Source: an uncultured Ruminococcus sp. | GTDB lineage: Bacteria > Bacillota > Clostridia > Oscillospirales > CAG-272 | DNA length: 64,000 nt | NCBI GenBank assembly: GCA_964634795.1 | Contig: CAZWLL010000002.1 | Location: 5,836-69,835, forward strand | Direction: 5' to 3' | Shown here: positions 29,796 to 39,247 of the stretch, one piece after another | Layout of the letters: each line of letters opens with the position of its first letter | How positions within the stretch are numbered: position 1 is the stretch's first letter | Program-made: the position numbers and the translations under genes | The notes under the pieces: generated by a model | Seen by the model: only the letters and a program-made list of their open reading frames with translations | What the model was told of the DNA's origin: nothing | The model's database searches: none

Positions 29796-31292
29796 ATGAA
29801 AAGAATTTTTACTCTTATTTTAGCATCGTTGATTCTCTTTTCATCTACATCCTGTGCAGCATTAAAAACTCAAGACGCCGACACAGATATATTTGAAACC
29901 GATACCAACGAAACAAACTCGTCAGAAACAAATATCGAAGAAACAACTCCCGCTCAGCCTGATGAAACAGTAACGGACAATGCTGAGGAGGAAAAAACAG
30001 AAGAAACCGAAAATAACGATACCGTTAATTACGAAAACGTTGAAATGAGCTTCGTGCTCGGTTCCCCGCTTACTAAAGAAAGCGAATACACAGATGACAA
30101 CGGTGTTGTACTGTTTAAAGAAAAATACGAACTGCCTCAGCTTGAGGTTCACGCTGCTGACGGTACGGTATGTGACCTTGAAAAAGGATTTACAAGTGAC
30201 TCAGGTAGCTACTATCCGCCTGAAACTGACATATGCCGTACATTCAACGCAAAAATGCAGGAAGCAATCGATACATTTGAGGCGGCGGTTGAACAGGATT
30301 TGGCGAATGCCCGTGACTATTACGCAACTCTCAGCGCCGATGAACAGGCAAACTGGTACAGCTATGCGGAAGAACTTACTATCGCATCCACATACCAGAC
30401 TAACGGCTTGTTAAGCATACAGCTAAACGGATATGTAAGTCTCGGCGGTGTTCATCCTACATCTTACACTACCGTTTATAATTTCGATCTCACCACGGGT
30501 GAGTTTATCACACTTGAATCTCTTACAGGTGAAAGCAATCCGCTCGGTCAAGTATTAAAAAATAATTTGGTAAATCTCGTATTAGAGGAAATCAATACTC
30601 AAAATTTAAGCGAATCCTACTTTGATGACTACTATTCATACGTTAACGACTTAACGTCATACGCAAAAATCAGCTTTAATGATTCCGGAATGGTCATTAT
30701 GTTTGACACATATTTGTTAGCGCCGTATGCCGCTGGCCCTCAGATGTTCGATATTACATATGACAAATTCTATTATGCTCTCAGCGAACATATGCAGTCG
30801 CTTTTCACACTTGATACGGACAATTCGATAATATCCGATTATCGTACGACACAGGTATTATGGTCATGGTTTTACATGTCGATGCCGCCGGTATTTAACG
30901 AAGATGAACAGATTACCTCTGACGACGGTTATCAGATTTGCCGTGTAAACCTCGGAAATATCAACACATTAAGTGATTTAAAATCGTTCCTCTGCCGTCA
31001 TGTAAGTGAAGAGGTTGCAGACAAGTGGATGACCGAAAAGCGTTTCTATGAAATAGACGGTGCTCTCTACACAACATTCGGTGCACGCGGAGGAGACATT
31101 ACAATAGGCAAGACCGAGTACAAGGTTGAGCTTAACGGAAACAGCGGTACACTGATTCAAACGGTTTACCGTCAGGATTACGATGAAGCTACAGACAGTC
31201 TTGCACTCACAGGTGAAACCGAGGATTATATATATCCGTTCGAATTACAAGACGGACACGCAGTATTTTCCGATTTCCCTTGTCCGTATTAA
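29796..31292 (+). CDS. Lipoprotein with DUF3298/DUF4163 (PdaC/RsiV-like) domain
   Basis: Signal peptide with lipobox LFSSTSC, an acidic T/E-rich linker, and GGVHPTSYTTVYNFDLTTGEFITLESL typical of DUF3298. Confidence 0.55.
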   Translation: MKRIFTLILASLILFSSTSCAALKTQDADTDIFETDTNETNSSETNIEETTPAQPDETVTDNAEEEKTEETENNDTVNYENVEMSFVLGSPLTKESEYTDDNGVVLFKEKYELPQLEVHAADGTVCDLEKGFTSDSGSYYPPETDICRTFNAKMQEAIDTFEAAVEQDLANARDYYATLSADEQANWYSYAEELTIASTYQTNGLLSIQLNGYVSLGGVHPTSYTTVYNFDLTTGEFITLESLTGESNPLGQVLKNNLVNLVLEEINTQNLSESYFDDYYSYVNDLTSYAKISFNDSGMVIMFDTYLLAPYAAGPQMFDITYDKFYYALSEHMQSLFTLDTDNSIISDYRTTQVLWSWFYMSMPPVFNEDEQITSDDGYQICRVNLGNINTLSDLKSFLCRHVSEEVADKWMTEKRFYEIDGALYTTFGARGGDITIGKTEYKVELNGNSGTLIQTVYRQDYDEATDSLALTGETEDYIYPFELQDGHAVFSDFPCPY

Positions 31293-31316
31293 TTAAGCAG
31301 AATAAATAAATCGAAA

Positions 31317-31350
31317 ATGACGTCAGCTGAATTACATCGGCTGACGTCAT
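31317..31350 (+). terminator. Intrinsic terminator of the lipoprotein gene
   Basis: ATGACGTCAGC-12 nt loop-GCTGACGTCAT followed by TTCTTATT. Confidence 0.6.
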
Positions 31351-31362
31351 TTCTTATTATAA

Positions 31363-31397
31363 AAAGCATCACCTATGTGTTACATAGGTGATGCTTT
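31363..31397 (-). terminator. Intrinsic terminator of the five-gene ABC/HlyD operon
   Basis: AAAGCATCACCTATGT-GTT-ACATAGGTGATGCTTT, a 16-bp perfect stem 15 nt beyond the stop at 31412. Confidence 0.65.
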
Positions 31398-31411
31398 AAT
31401 TGTTTTAACTA

Positions 31412-33850
31412 TTATGAATGTTCGGAAATGTAAATCTTTGCGCGGCTTGCGATTACTTTTGCGGTCTCTTCAGCGGTCTTTGTACCTCCGAAGAATCCGG
31501 AAAGCTCCTCTGTGATAATTTCAAGCAAATCGGAATCGGAACGGGAAACTACAGTGGCGTTCTTTATAAGATTCATTGTAATATCAACTACCTTTTGATC
31601 AAAGGGCTGTTTGGATTTTTTCAAATACTCTATGTAATCTTCGCTGTATCCCTGTTCTCTGTACCATTCGTAATCATCTTCAGTATTTTCGTAGTAATAA
31701 TAATTATCTTTTGCGTTTGCAGCCTGTGATTCCAGATTGCTGATATTAGGTGAGAAGTAATAGCTTCTGTTTGTAATACTGTCATCATTGAGGAAGAATT
31801 TCAATACTTCCCAAGCCTGATTCTTTACCTTGGATGACTGGCTTATGGCAAGCTCGATATTAGGAACGATTATAGCACCGTTGCCCGAATCGGTAGGATA
31901 ACCTATAGCTGTTATATCACTTGAAGCGAATGTATTTTGGTCATACAAGAAGTCGGTAAAACTCGAAAGATTTCCGTATTCAAGCAATCCGTAATCCTTA
32001 TAATAACGGAGCTCATACTTCTGCTGCATCTCGGTTTCTAATTCCTGGTCATATACATAATCATCACCCTGTGATGCGTAGTATGCCTCCCAGTAACCCT
32101 GTTCGGGACACTGTGCAAGATACTTTATAAAATCAATAAAGCCTTGTGTTTCGAATTTGGTTTCACCGGTTTCCCAATTGATAAACAAATCCATGCAGTT
32201 TCCGAAGAATTGGTGAATAATTTCATCTCTGCTGCTGGTAAAGAATGCTGTCATACCTTCGGGCATATTGTTTATGGCATCAAGCATTTCTTCAAATGTC
32301 CAGCCTGATTCGGTTCCTACGTATTGCGATTTAGCGATTAAGGTTTGCAGACTGAAGGACATAATAATCGAATAAAGCTTTCCGTCAACCGTAGTAGCGT
32401 CAAATATATTCGTAAGATAATTCGAGCGGTCTATACCGTTTTCGGCATCATCTATATATGTGTTCAGGTCTGCGAAAATACCCTTCTGGAAATAGCTTTC
32501 CACGGGCAGTGATGAATCTAAAAGTATTATATCGGGGAGATTGCCTGTTATAATATCATTGTTAAACTGAGTAACACCGCCTTGGTAATTATTCTCTTCA
32601 TTATTATACTGATCATATGTCACCAGAGAAATACGAATGCCTGTGTTTTGCTTGTTAAATTTTATTACAGAGTTAACTATATTATAGTTTGAGTAAAGAG
32701 TTGCGAGCTTTACGATAATTTCTTCCTGAATTTCTTCATCGGGAACTTTTGTCATCAGCTGAATTGTGGTTTGACTGCTCTCATTACTGTAATTGTATGT
32801 GGTAACAAGCATTCTTCCGTCAGGAAGCAGTTTAATCGAATTTATTTGGCTCTGCGATATATCGGAGTTGATAAAGTTCATCTCTTCGGAGATTGTATCG
32901 GTGTTGGGATCATACTTTGAGACGTTTGTGTTAGTACGGTAATAAAGCTGTCCGTTATAGAATCCGAGGAATTCATACATGTTGTTTATAACAGTCTTGA
33001 TATTTTCACCGTTATAATCGGTTTTAGTGCCGTTTTCTACTACACAAAGCTTTTGGTTGCTGTCTTCATAGTAGTATAAATAAACACTGTCACCGCTGAT
33101 GCAGATATTACTTATCCAACCGCCGTCAAGTTCAAACTTTGTTTTGTAATTCATATCGGAATCGAAAACTATGTACACATTCTCAGCGACAACGTATACG
33201 TCTCCGCTGTCCGATATTTTAATCGAATTGATGTATGTAGATGAGATATCTACATTAGCTGCCGTGAAGCAATCGGCAAGATCATAGCTGCCCGTTTGTT
33301 CACCGGTAGTCGAATCGATTTGTATCAAAGTATAAGTATTCTGCGAATTACCCGTAGTTTCATCCCAGTTATACTGACAATATACCATATCGATAATGCC
33401 TTTATTATCGATAGCCATTGACTGCAGGTAACCGGGTATATCGCTCGGCATGCTTACTGTAGTGCTCTCCCCTGTTTCAGTGTTTACCGTAGTGACGTTT
33501 TGCAGGCTGAGATAATCGTAATACCAACCGTCCGGAAGAGTTGTGGTTTCTTCATCGGAATCCTCCTGAGAGCCTTCCCAATAGTATCCCGCTCTTCTCT
33601 CGACCTCTTCTCCGAGTTCGTTCATTGTTAATGTGTATGTGGTTGTATAAACCGTATACACATTATTATTCGTATAATCTACACTGCTGACATACGATAT
33701 ATCAGAAGGGAGCGGAACTTCCACACTGCTGTAAACATTGGTACGCTTGGATTTGGGCGGTTCACTCTCGGACTGAGAGCATGATACAAGGGCAGAGCTT
33801 GCGAGCATAACACCCGCCAGAAGTCCTGCCGTTATTCTTTTTGAATTCAT
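31412..33850 (-). CDS. 812-aa lipoprotein: N-terminal ~350-aa beta-rich (propeller-like?) domain fused to a family-1-type extracellular solute-binding domain
   Basis: Signal peptide with lipobox SSALVSC. From about aa 375 the sequence looks like a sugar SBP (IIVKLATLYS...NNDIITGNLPDIILLD...GWTFEEMLDA). The N-terminal part is Y/T/D/N-rich with repeated beta-like segments. Confidence 0.6.
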   Translation of the reverse strand: MNSKRITAGLLAGVMLASSALVSCSQSESEPPKSKRTNVYSSVEVPLPSDISYVSSVDYTNNNVYTVYTTTYTLTMNELGEEVERRAGYYWEGSQEDSDEETTTLPDGWYYDYLSLQNVTTVNTETGESTTVSMPSDIPGYLQSMAIDNKGIIDMVYCQYNWDETTGNSQNTYTLIQIDSTTGEQTGSYDLADCFTAANVDISSTYINSIKISDSGDVYVVAENVYIVFDSDMNYKTKFELDGGWISNICISGDSVYLYYYEDSNQKLCVVENGTKTDYNGENIKTVINNMYEFLGFYNGQLYYRTNTNVSKYDPNTDTISEEMNFINSDISQSQINSIKLLPDGRMLVTTYNYSNESSQTTIQLMTKVPDEEIQEEIIVKLATLYSNYNIVNSVIKFNKQNTGIRISLVTYDQYNNEENNYQGGVTQFNNDIITGNLPDIILLDSSLPVESYFQKGIFADLNTYIDDAENGIDRSNYLTNIFDATTVDGKLYSIIMSFSLQTLIAKSQYVGTESGWTFEEMLDAINNMPEGMTAFFTSSRDEIIHQFFGNCMDLFINWETGETKFETQGFIDFIKYLAQCPEQGYWEAYYASQGDDYVYDQELETEMQQKYELRYYKDYGLLEYGNLSSFTDFLYDQNTFASSDITAIGYPTDSGNGAIIVPNIELAISQSSKVKNQAWEVLKFFLNDDSITNRSYYFSPNISNLESQAANAKDNYYYYENTEDDYEWYREQGYSEDYIEYLKKSKQPFDQKVVDITMNLIKNATVVSRSDSDLLEIITEELSGFFGGTKTAEETAKVIASRAKIYISEHS

Positions 33851-33867
33851 TTTTACCTCCGAATAAA

Positions 33868-34965
33868 TTATAATGACTTTCTTTCTATATGCTTGGGTTT
33901 ATTATTGGGATGCTTTTTTTTATAATTTCTATAAACCGATGTCGAAAGCCTTTTGATGTCATAAATAATCGAATAACCCGAAAAGCGGAGTGTGATAATC
34001 GAGAGCAAAAGCGCTACAACAAACAGTGCAGCCATTGCGACCTCGAATATCATGAAAACGGCACAATAGTAATCGTATACTCGCGCTTCGTTTTCCCAAT
34101 ACGGGTATTCAATCTTATCTCCTCTTATCCATGAATACTTGAGAGTTTTCATATTAGCGTAACGGTTTTCCAAGGAAAATCTTGATGTAACTTCTATTAC
34201 CTCGCTTGTTTCCTCGTTCATCTTTATTACGCCGTCGAATATATTTTTCGCAAACCCTTTAACCGAATTCGGTAAAGCCGCCTCAAATATCGTGACGCTG
34301 TTGTCCTCGCCGACAGTCTGTACATATCCCGCATAATTCATATACATTCTCGGTCTTGTTCCGTATGTATAACCGTATACACCGCTTTCGCTTTCAGGCT
34401 CTGCAACGCCTGAGACAACAAACTCCACATCGTTTATTGTTACCGTCATACCCACAATGTTTTCGGCTCCGAACAGCTTCCATGCAAGATTGCGGTCAAT
34501 TACAATTCCCATAGGATTAGAATCATCGTTCAGAAAGTACGAGCCGTACACTATCTTCATCGGATGAAATACAAAATAATCTCCTCCTGCCGCAATTGCT
34601 TCCGCGGTAACAGAGCTTTTAGTGCCTGTTACACTTACCGTTACATCTGCAGCGTAGGTATATGCCCATGATCTCGCTCCGTCATTCGGAGTTACCGATG
34701 AATTAAGCAAAGATGCGTCTATAGAGTTTGCCCATGATAATGCCTGATCAGACGATACCGCGCTTCCCTCTTCAAGATAAAGGTTAACCACGGCGTATGC
34801 GTCTCCGTTTGATGACCAGCGCGAGCCTGCTTCAAGATATTCGAGCTTATTCTTATAATGCAGAACAAGAAGCTCGAATATTCCGATAACAATTAGCGAA
34901 ACCACAAGTATTACAGCGCATATTCCCGAAAAAACGAGAAGCTTTTTGTTGACTTTTTCGTTCAT
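33868..34965 (-). CDS. Membrane protein with a MacB/FtsX-type extracytoplasmic core domain (MacB_PCD-like) but only two TM helices
   Basis: N-terminal TM (LLVFSGICAVILVVSLIVIGIF), PCD-like GDYFVFHPMKIVYGSYF...GIVIDRNLAWKLFGAENIVGMTVTINDVEFVVSGV, and a single C-terminal TM (AVFMIFEVAMAALFVVALLLSII). No TM3/TM4. Confidence 0.5.
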   Translation of the reverse strand: MNEKVNKKLLVFSGICAVILVVSLIVIGIFELLVLHYKNKLEYLEAGSRWSSNGDAYAVVNLYLEEGSAVSSDQALSWANSIDASLLNSSVTPNDGARSWAYTYAADVTVSVTGTKSSVTAEAIAAGGDYFVFHPMKIVYGSYFLNDDSNPMGIVIDRNLAWKLFGAENIVGMTVTINDVEFVVSGVAEPESESGVYGYTYGTRPRMYMNYAGYVQTVGEDNSVTIFEAALPNSVKGFAKNIFDGVIKMNEETSEVIEVTSRFSLENRYANMKTLKYSWIRGDKIEYPYWENEARVYDYYCAVFMIFEVAMAALFVVALLLSIITLRFSGYSIIYDIKRLSTSVYRNYKKKHPNNKPKHIERKSL

Positions 34966-34969
34966 TTTA

Positions 34970-37222
34970 TCAGTTCTCCGCGAGGCGTACCTGCTGCTTA
35001 TCCGATATCGGTACTGTTGAGTTCGTTATTACAAATTCGCTTCCGTATAATCCCGAAACAGCGGATTGAGTGTCATCCGACGCGAGAACCTCGATATCCA
35101 CCCTTTTCGCTGTATATCTCATGTTCAAAGGTGTTTTCTTCGATTCAACGACAAGGACGAACTTTCCGTCGTTATCCTCACGAATCGCTGAATTGGGAAG
35201 AACGGAATCGTATGACTGGCTCTTGTCGCCTATGGAGAAGGTAAGAGACTGTCCTTCGGTTACGTCGCCTGTCACTGTAATTGTGATAATACGGTTTTTA
35301 CCCTGAGATGACGCGTCCGAGCGCATTCCCGTAACGGATGCCTCGATATTGGTATACCACCACGAGTTTGTAACACTGCACGGTGTGCCAACCTGAATTT
35401 TTCTTGCCTGTTCCGATGACATGCTGATTTCCACAATATAACCCTTGTCGGCAATTTCAATTGATGCTACGGTATTACCGCTCGAAACCGATTCACCGGC
35501 GGAAAAGTTTATGGATGTAATCTTACCTGCGATGGGCGCGGTAATCTGTGTGTTTTCGGGAGCGTTTTTGTATTTCTCTATTTTCGCTTCAAGCTCCTCA
35601 AGCTGTTTCTTCTGGTCTTCTCTGTCAAGGTCGTTTTTTGTATTGCTCTGATTTTCGGTTGCTTTGGTTATCTCAAGAGTTGATTCAAGCTTTTCGATTG
35701 ACTCTTCCTGTGATTTTATTTTATCCGCCAATTCTTCTTCTGTGTACTCGGATGTCGAATCGGTAAGCTGTTTTTTCAGCTTTTCAAGGTCTTTGTTTTT
35801 CTGTTTGATGGTGTCCTCGAGAGATTTTTCCTCGTTCTCGTAGGTTGTGAGAAGAAGCGAGTATTCGTTCACCGTGTCTTCAGCCGTGCTCTGTTTTATG
35901 AGGGATTCGTATTTTGTTTTGGCTTCGGTATACTCGGTCTCAATCTCGGTCAGCTTTGCGGCGGCGTCATCGTAATTCTTCTGTGCTTCGCTTAAGTCGT
36001 AGTCAACGGTATAATCGACAAGGTCGTCAACCTCCGGCATTCCGATAACCTCAAGCTTGTCTTCGATTTCGGAAATCTGGTCTTCGAGGGACTCAACCTT
36101 ATCATCATAGTCTTCTATCTGACGTTCGTAGTTTTTTTCGGCTTTTTCATAAGCACTTTTAGCGGCTTGATATGCTTCCCATGCGCTTTCCTTTGAAATA
36201 GTTGTTGAACCATCTCCTTCGACTTCTATCTCATTATCATTCACTGATGCGTTATCATAATCTCTTTTAGCTTCCACCATAGCATTATATAGTGTAATAA
36301 GCTCTTCTTCAGCATCCTCTTTATATCTTCTTATTTCCTTTTCGAGTGATTCAAGTTCATCGTTAAGTGTTGCAAGTTCTTTTGTAAGTGTATTCGCTTC
36401 GGTTACACTGCCGGAAATGCTCTTTATTTCATCGAGCTTTTCTTTATAAAAGTCTGCTTCCTTTTTTAATGTCTCGTATTCGCCTGATACGGCATCATAC
36501 TCTTCCTTAGCTGTCGCAAGCTTTTCGGAGACGGTCTCATTCGATAGCACATCCTTTTCGATTAACGCCTTCGCTTCGCTTATCGTGCTTTTTACGTCGG
36601 CTATCGTGTTTGACAGCTCTTCCTTCTGCTCTTCAAGAGTTTCTATGGTTTCGGTTAAAGAGTCTATCTGATTATTGATAATCGTTGTGGTATCGACACC
36701 GGAAAGCAGGTCATTGTAATTCTTCTGCAGTTTTGTAAGTTCTTCTTTTGCATCCTCAAGAGATTTTTCCGCATCCGTTATAGTCTGCTTTGACGTAAGT
36801 TCCGTTACGGTATCCCCGAGTACGGCGAGATCATACTCCCTCTTCAGCTTATCGTACTCCTCCTGAGCGGCTTCAAGCTGTTCGCTGGCTCCGCCCTTCA
36901 GCTCGAGTATAGGCTCATCCTTTTCGACAGTCTGTCCTTCCTTGACATATACGGAAACTACCTTTCTCGACTGAACGACACCGTCATCTGCTTCGGCTTC
37001 GTCCGCTTCATACACAACGTTATAGCTTGCGTTCGCTTTAACCGTGCCGGATGCCTTTATCGCGGTCGACAATGTTCCCGATGACGCATATTGAGCGGAC
37101 ACCTCGGGTAATGAATAGTTTAAGATTGTATTTGAGAAAAACGTGAGCAGCAGCAATATTACAAGGAAAATAATAGCTGCGTTCTTTATCCAGGCTCTGC
37201 GTCTTGATGAATCATTTGACAT
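34970..37222 (-). CDS. HlyD/membrane-fusion-protein-family adaptor with an exceptionally long (~440 aa) coiled-coil insert
   Basis: N-terminal TM. Split lipoyl motif VVSVYVKEGQTVEKDEPILEL ... ITAPIAGKITSINFSAGESV. C-terminal beta-barrel/MPD-like region. aa ~112-552 are E/K/L/T/D-rich and heptad-like. Confidence 0.7.
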   Translation of the reverse strand: MSNDSSRRRAWIKNAAIIFLVILLLLTFFSNTILNYSLPEVSAQYASSGTLSTAIKASGTVKANASYNVVYEADEAEADDGVVQSRKVVSVYVKEGQTVEKDEPILELKGGASEQLEAAQEEYDKLKREYDLAVLGDTVTELTSKQTITDAEKSLEDAKEELTKLQKNYNDLLSGVDTTTIINNQIDSLTETIETLEEQKEELSNTIADVKSTISEAKALIEKDVLSNETVSEKLATAKEEYDAVSGEYETLKKEADFYKEKLDEIKSISGSVTEANTLTKELATLNDELESLEKEIRRYKEDAEEELITLYNAMVEAKRDYDNASVNDNEIEVEGDGSTTISKESAWEAYQAAKSAYEKAEKNYERQIEDYDDKVESLEDQISEIEDKLEVIGMPEVDDLVDYTVDYDLSEAQKNYDDAAAKLTEIETEYTEAKTKYESLIKQSTAEDTVNEYSLLLTTYENEEKSLEDTIKQKNKDLEKLKKQLTDSTSEYTEEELADKIKSQEESIEKLESTLEITKATENQSNTKNDLDREDQKKQLEELEAKIEKYKNAPENTQITAPIAGKITSINFSAGESVSSGNTVASIEIADKGYIVEISMSSEQARKIQVGTPCSVTNSWWYTNIEASVTGMRSDASSQGKNRIITITVTGDVTEGQSLTFSIGDKSQSYDSVLPNSAIREDNDGKFVLVVESKKTPLNMRYTAKRVDIEVLASDDTQSAVSGLYGSEFVITNSTVPISDKQQVRLAEN

Positions 37223-37250
37223 ATGTATCTCCTAAGTTATTTAATCACAA

Positions 37251-38201
37251 TCAACCTGTTACCGATGCCGAGTATGCAATGCCTTCAATGAGGTAATCCT
37301 CACTGTAAAGGAAAAGCAGAACCGGAGGCACCATATATATTACCGCAATTGCCAAGGCTATGCCCGTATCTCCTTCGTTAATCTTTGAAAGGAAAACCGA
37401 AAGCGGATACAATTCCTGATCGGTTAAAAGAATAAGCGGCTGTTCTACCATATTCCAGTAATCGATAAAAACAAGGATGGCTATAGAATACAGAGTACTT
37501 TTGCAAAGCGGCATAAAGATACTTGCGAATATTCTGAATTCCGACGCACCGTCAATCTGTGCGGCTTCCACTATCGATTTCGGAATTCGTTTCATGTACT
37601 TTGTCAGAATGAAAACCGAAAACGGTGAAAACACACCGGGCAGAATAATTGCCCATCTGGTGTTCAGCAAATTCATCTTGTTTATGACAAGATAGTTCGG
37701 TACCAGAGTAACCTGATAAGGCATGAGCATCAGTATAATATATGTAAAAAATATTATAGAGCGGAATTTGGTTTGCGCTCTCGATATAGCATACGACGCA
37801 CCTGTGGCAACCAACAGCTGGAATATTACTATCGGTACAACGTATATAACGGAGTTCCAGAACTTTATAAGATACTCGGGGCTTTTCAAGAGTACGGTTG
37901 CGTACTGCGAGAAGCTTACCTTGTCGGGAATAAGCTGCAAATTTACCTTTTCCGCGATAAATACTCTTCCGCTGCCGGAGGTGCCGAGTCCCGTAAATAT
38001 TTTGCCGTAATTCGCGGATATTTCCGTGGTTGACATGAACGAGTTAGTTATGGTAAATACCGTAGGAAACAGGAATAATGCCGCAAACGAAATAAGAATT
38101 AAGAGAGCGAAAAACAGAAACAAAGCGTGAGACAGCTTTTTCTTCTTTCCCTTTTTGGCTTTCGGAAACGCCGCGGAATTGAGTTTGATTTCTTCCGTCA
38201 T
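37251..38201 (-). CDS. Carbohydrate ABC transporter permease (MalG-like)
   Basis: Six TM helices and the EAA loop VEAAQIDGASEFRIFASIFMP. Confidence 0.85.
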   Translation of the reverse strand: MTEEIKLNSAAFPKAKKGKKKKLSHALFLFFALLILISFAALFLFPTVFTITNSFMSTTEISANYGKIFTGLGTSGSGRVFIAEKVNLQLIPDKVSFSQYATVLLKSPEYLIKFWNSVIYVVPIVIFQLLVATGASYAISRAQTKFRSIIFFTYIILMLMPYQVTLVPNYLVINKMNLLNTRWAIILPGVFSPFSVFILTKYMKRIPKSIVEAAQIDGASEFRIFASIFMPLCKSTLYSIAILVFIDYWNMVEQPLILLTDQELYPLSVFLSKINEGDTGIALAIAVIYMVPPVLLFLYSEDYLIEGIAYSASVTG

Positions 38202-39148
38202 TCTTCAATCCCCTTTCCGAGACGGTTATCCGCCCACAAGAGAATACCGATTATCACTATCATTATCAAACAAAGAACAACCGCCGCACTTGAAAGCTTT
38301 TGATATTCGAAGTTGCTGAAGGTATTGTTCATGAAATGCTGCAGCGTATACATTGAGTCATATGGGTAATTGCCCGTGAGCAAATAAACCTCACGGAATA
38401 CCTTGAATGAGTTAATTAAAGACATTATTGTAACAAATGAAATCGTAGACGCAAGATATCTCATCTTAATCATAAAGAAACGTCTTATAGGTCCGCATCC
38501 GTCAAGCATCGCAACCTCTATGATTCCTTTTGGTACTGCGGATAAAGCAGACATAAACATTATCATATTGTATCCGATGTTTTTCCAAAGGAAGAGAAGA
38601 ACAACGACCTGATATCCGTAGTCCGACTTAAGCCATTCAACGGGATCGGCACCGAACAGTGCCGTTATGTCATTTACAACTCCGTTGTAATCGAACAGAA
38701 CCTGCCATATAAGTATAACCGATGCCGCGGGGACAATCATAGGTGACAAGAATATTGTTCTGAACGTACTTTTGCACGGTATATTCGCATCAAGCATAAC
38801 CGCAAGTGCCAAAGAAAGCACAACAACCAGCGGAACTGCGGTAACCGAAAATATTCCCGTGTTTTTTAAAGCAAGCTTAAACGCGGAATTGTTGAACAGC
38901 TTCTCAAAATTAGCCAAACCGACAAAGTTAGCCGATGTGGTGTTGTCTATTAACGAATAATAGATTACAACAAGAAACGGCAAAATAAAGAAGAGCATAA
39001 CACCTAAAAAAGAAGGTATTAAAAACGGAAGCGTTCGCGCCCTCTCCTTAAGTTCCCGTTTTGTTATGTATTTTTCTTTGCGAGGTTTAACGGAAACCGA
39101 GGGATCCCCTCCGCTTTCCGCCGCAGTGAGCAGTTGCTTTTTTTTCAT
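38198..39148 (-). CDS. Carbohydrate ABC transporter permease (MalF-like)
   Basis: Six TM helices and the EAA-type loop IEVAMLDGCGPIRRFFMIK. 4-nt overlap with the next permease gene. Confidence 0.85.
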   Translation of the reverse strand: MKKKQLLTAAESGGDPSVSVKPRKEKYITKRELKERARTLPFLIPSFLGVMLFFILPFLVVIYYSLIDNTTSANFVGLANFEKLFNNSAFKLALKNTGIFSVTAVPLVVVLSLALAVMLDANIPCKSTFRTIFLSPMIVPAASVILIWQVLFDYNGVVNDITALFGADPVEWLKSDYGYQVVVLLFLWKNIGYNMIMFMSALSAVPKGIIEVAMLDGCGPIRRFFMIKMRYLASTISFVTIMSLINSFKVFREVYLLTGNYPYDSMYTLQHFMNNTFSNFEYQKLSSAAVVLCLIMIVIIGILLWADNRLGKGIEE

Positions 39149-39247
39149 TGATTTACGACCATGTATAATTGTTTATGATTTTAATTATATGACGACGTGA
39201 TATTCGAAAAGTTCCGTAAAAATAGTTTTTTACATAATGTTAAAAAA

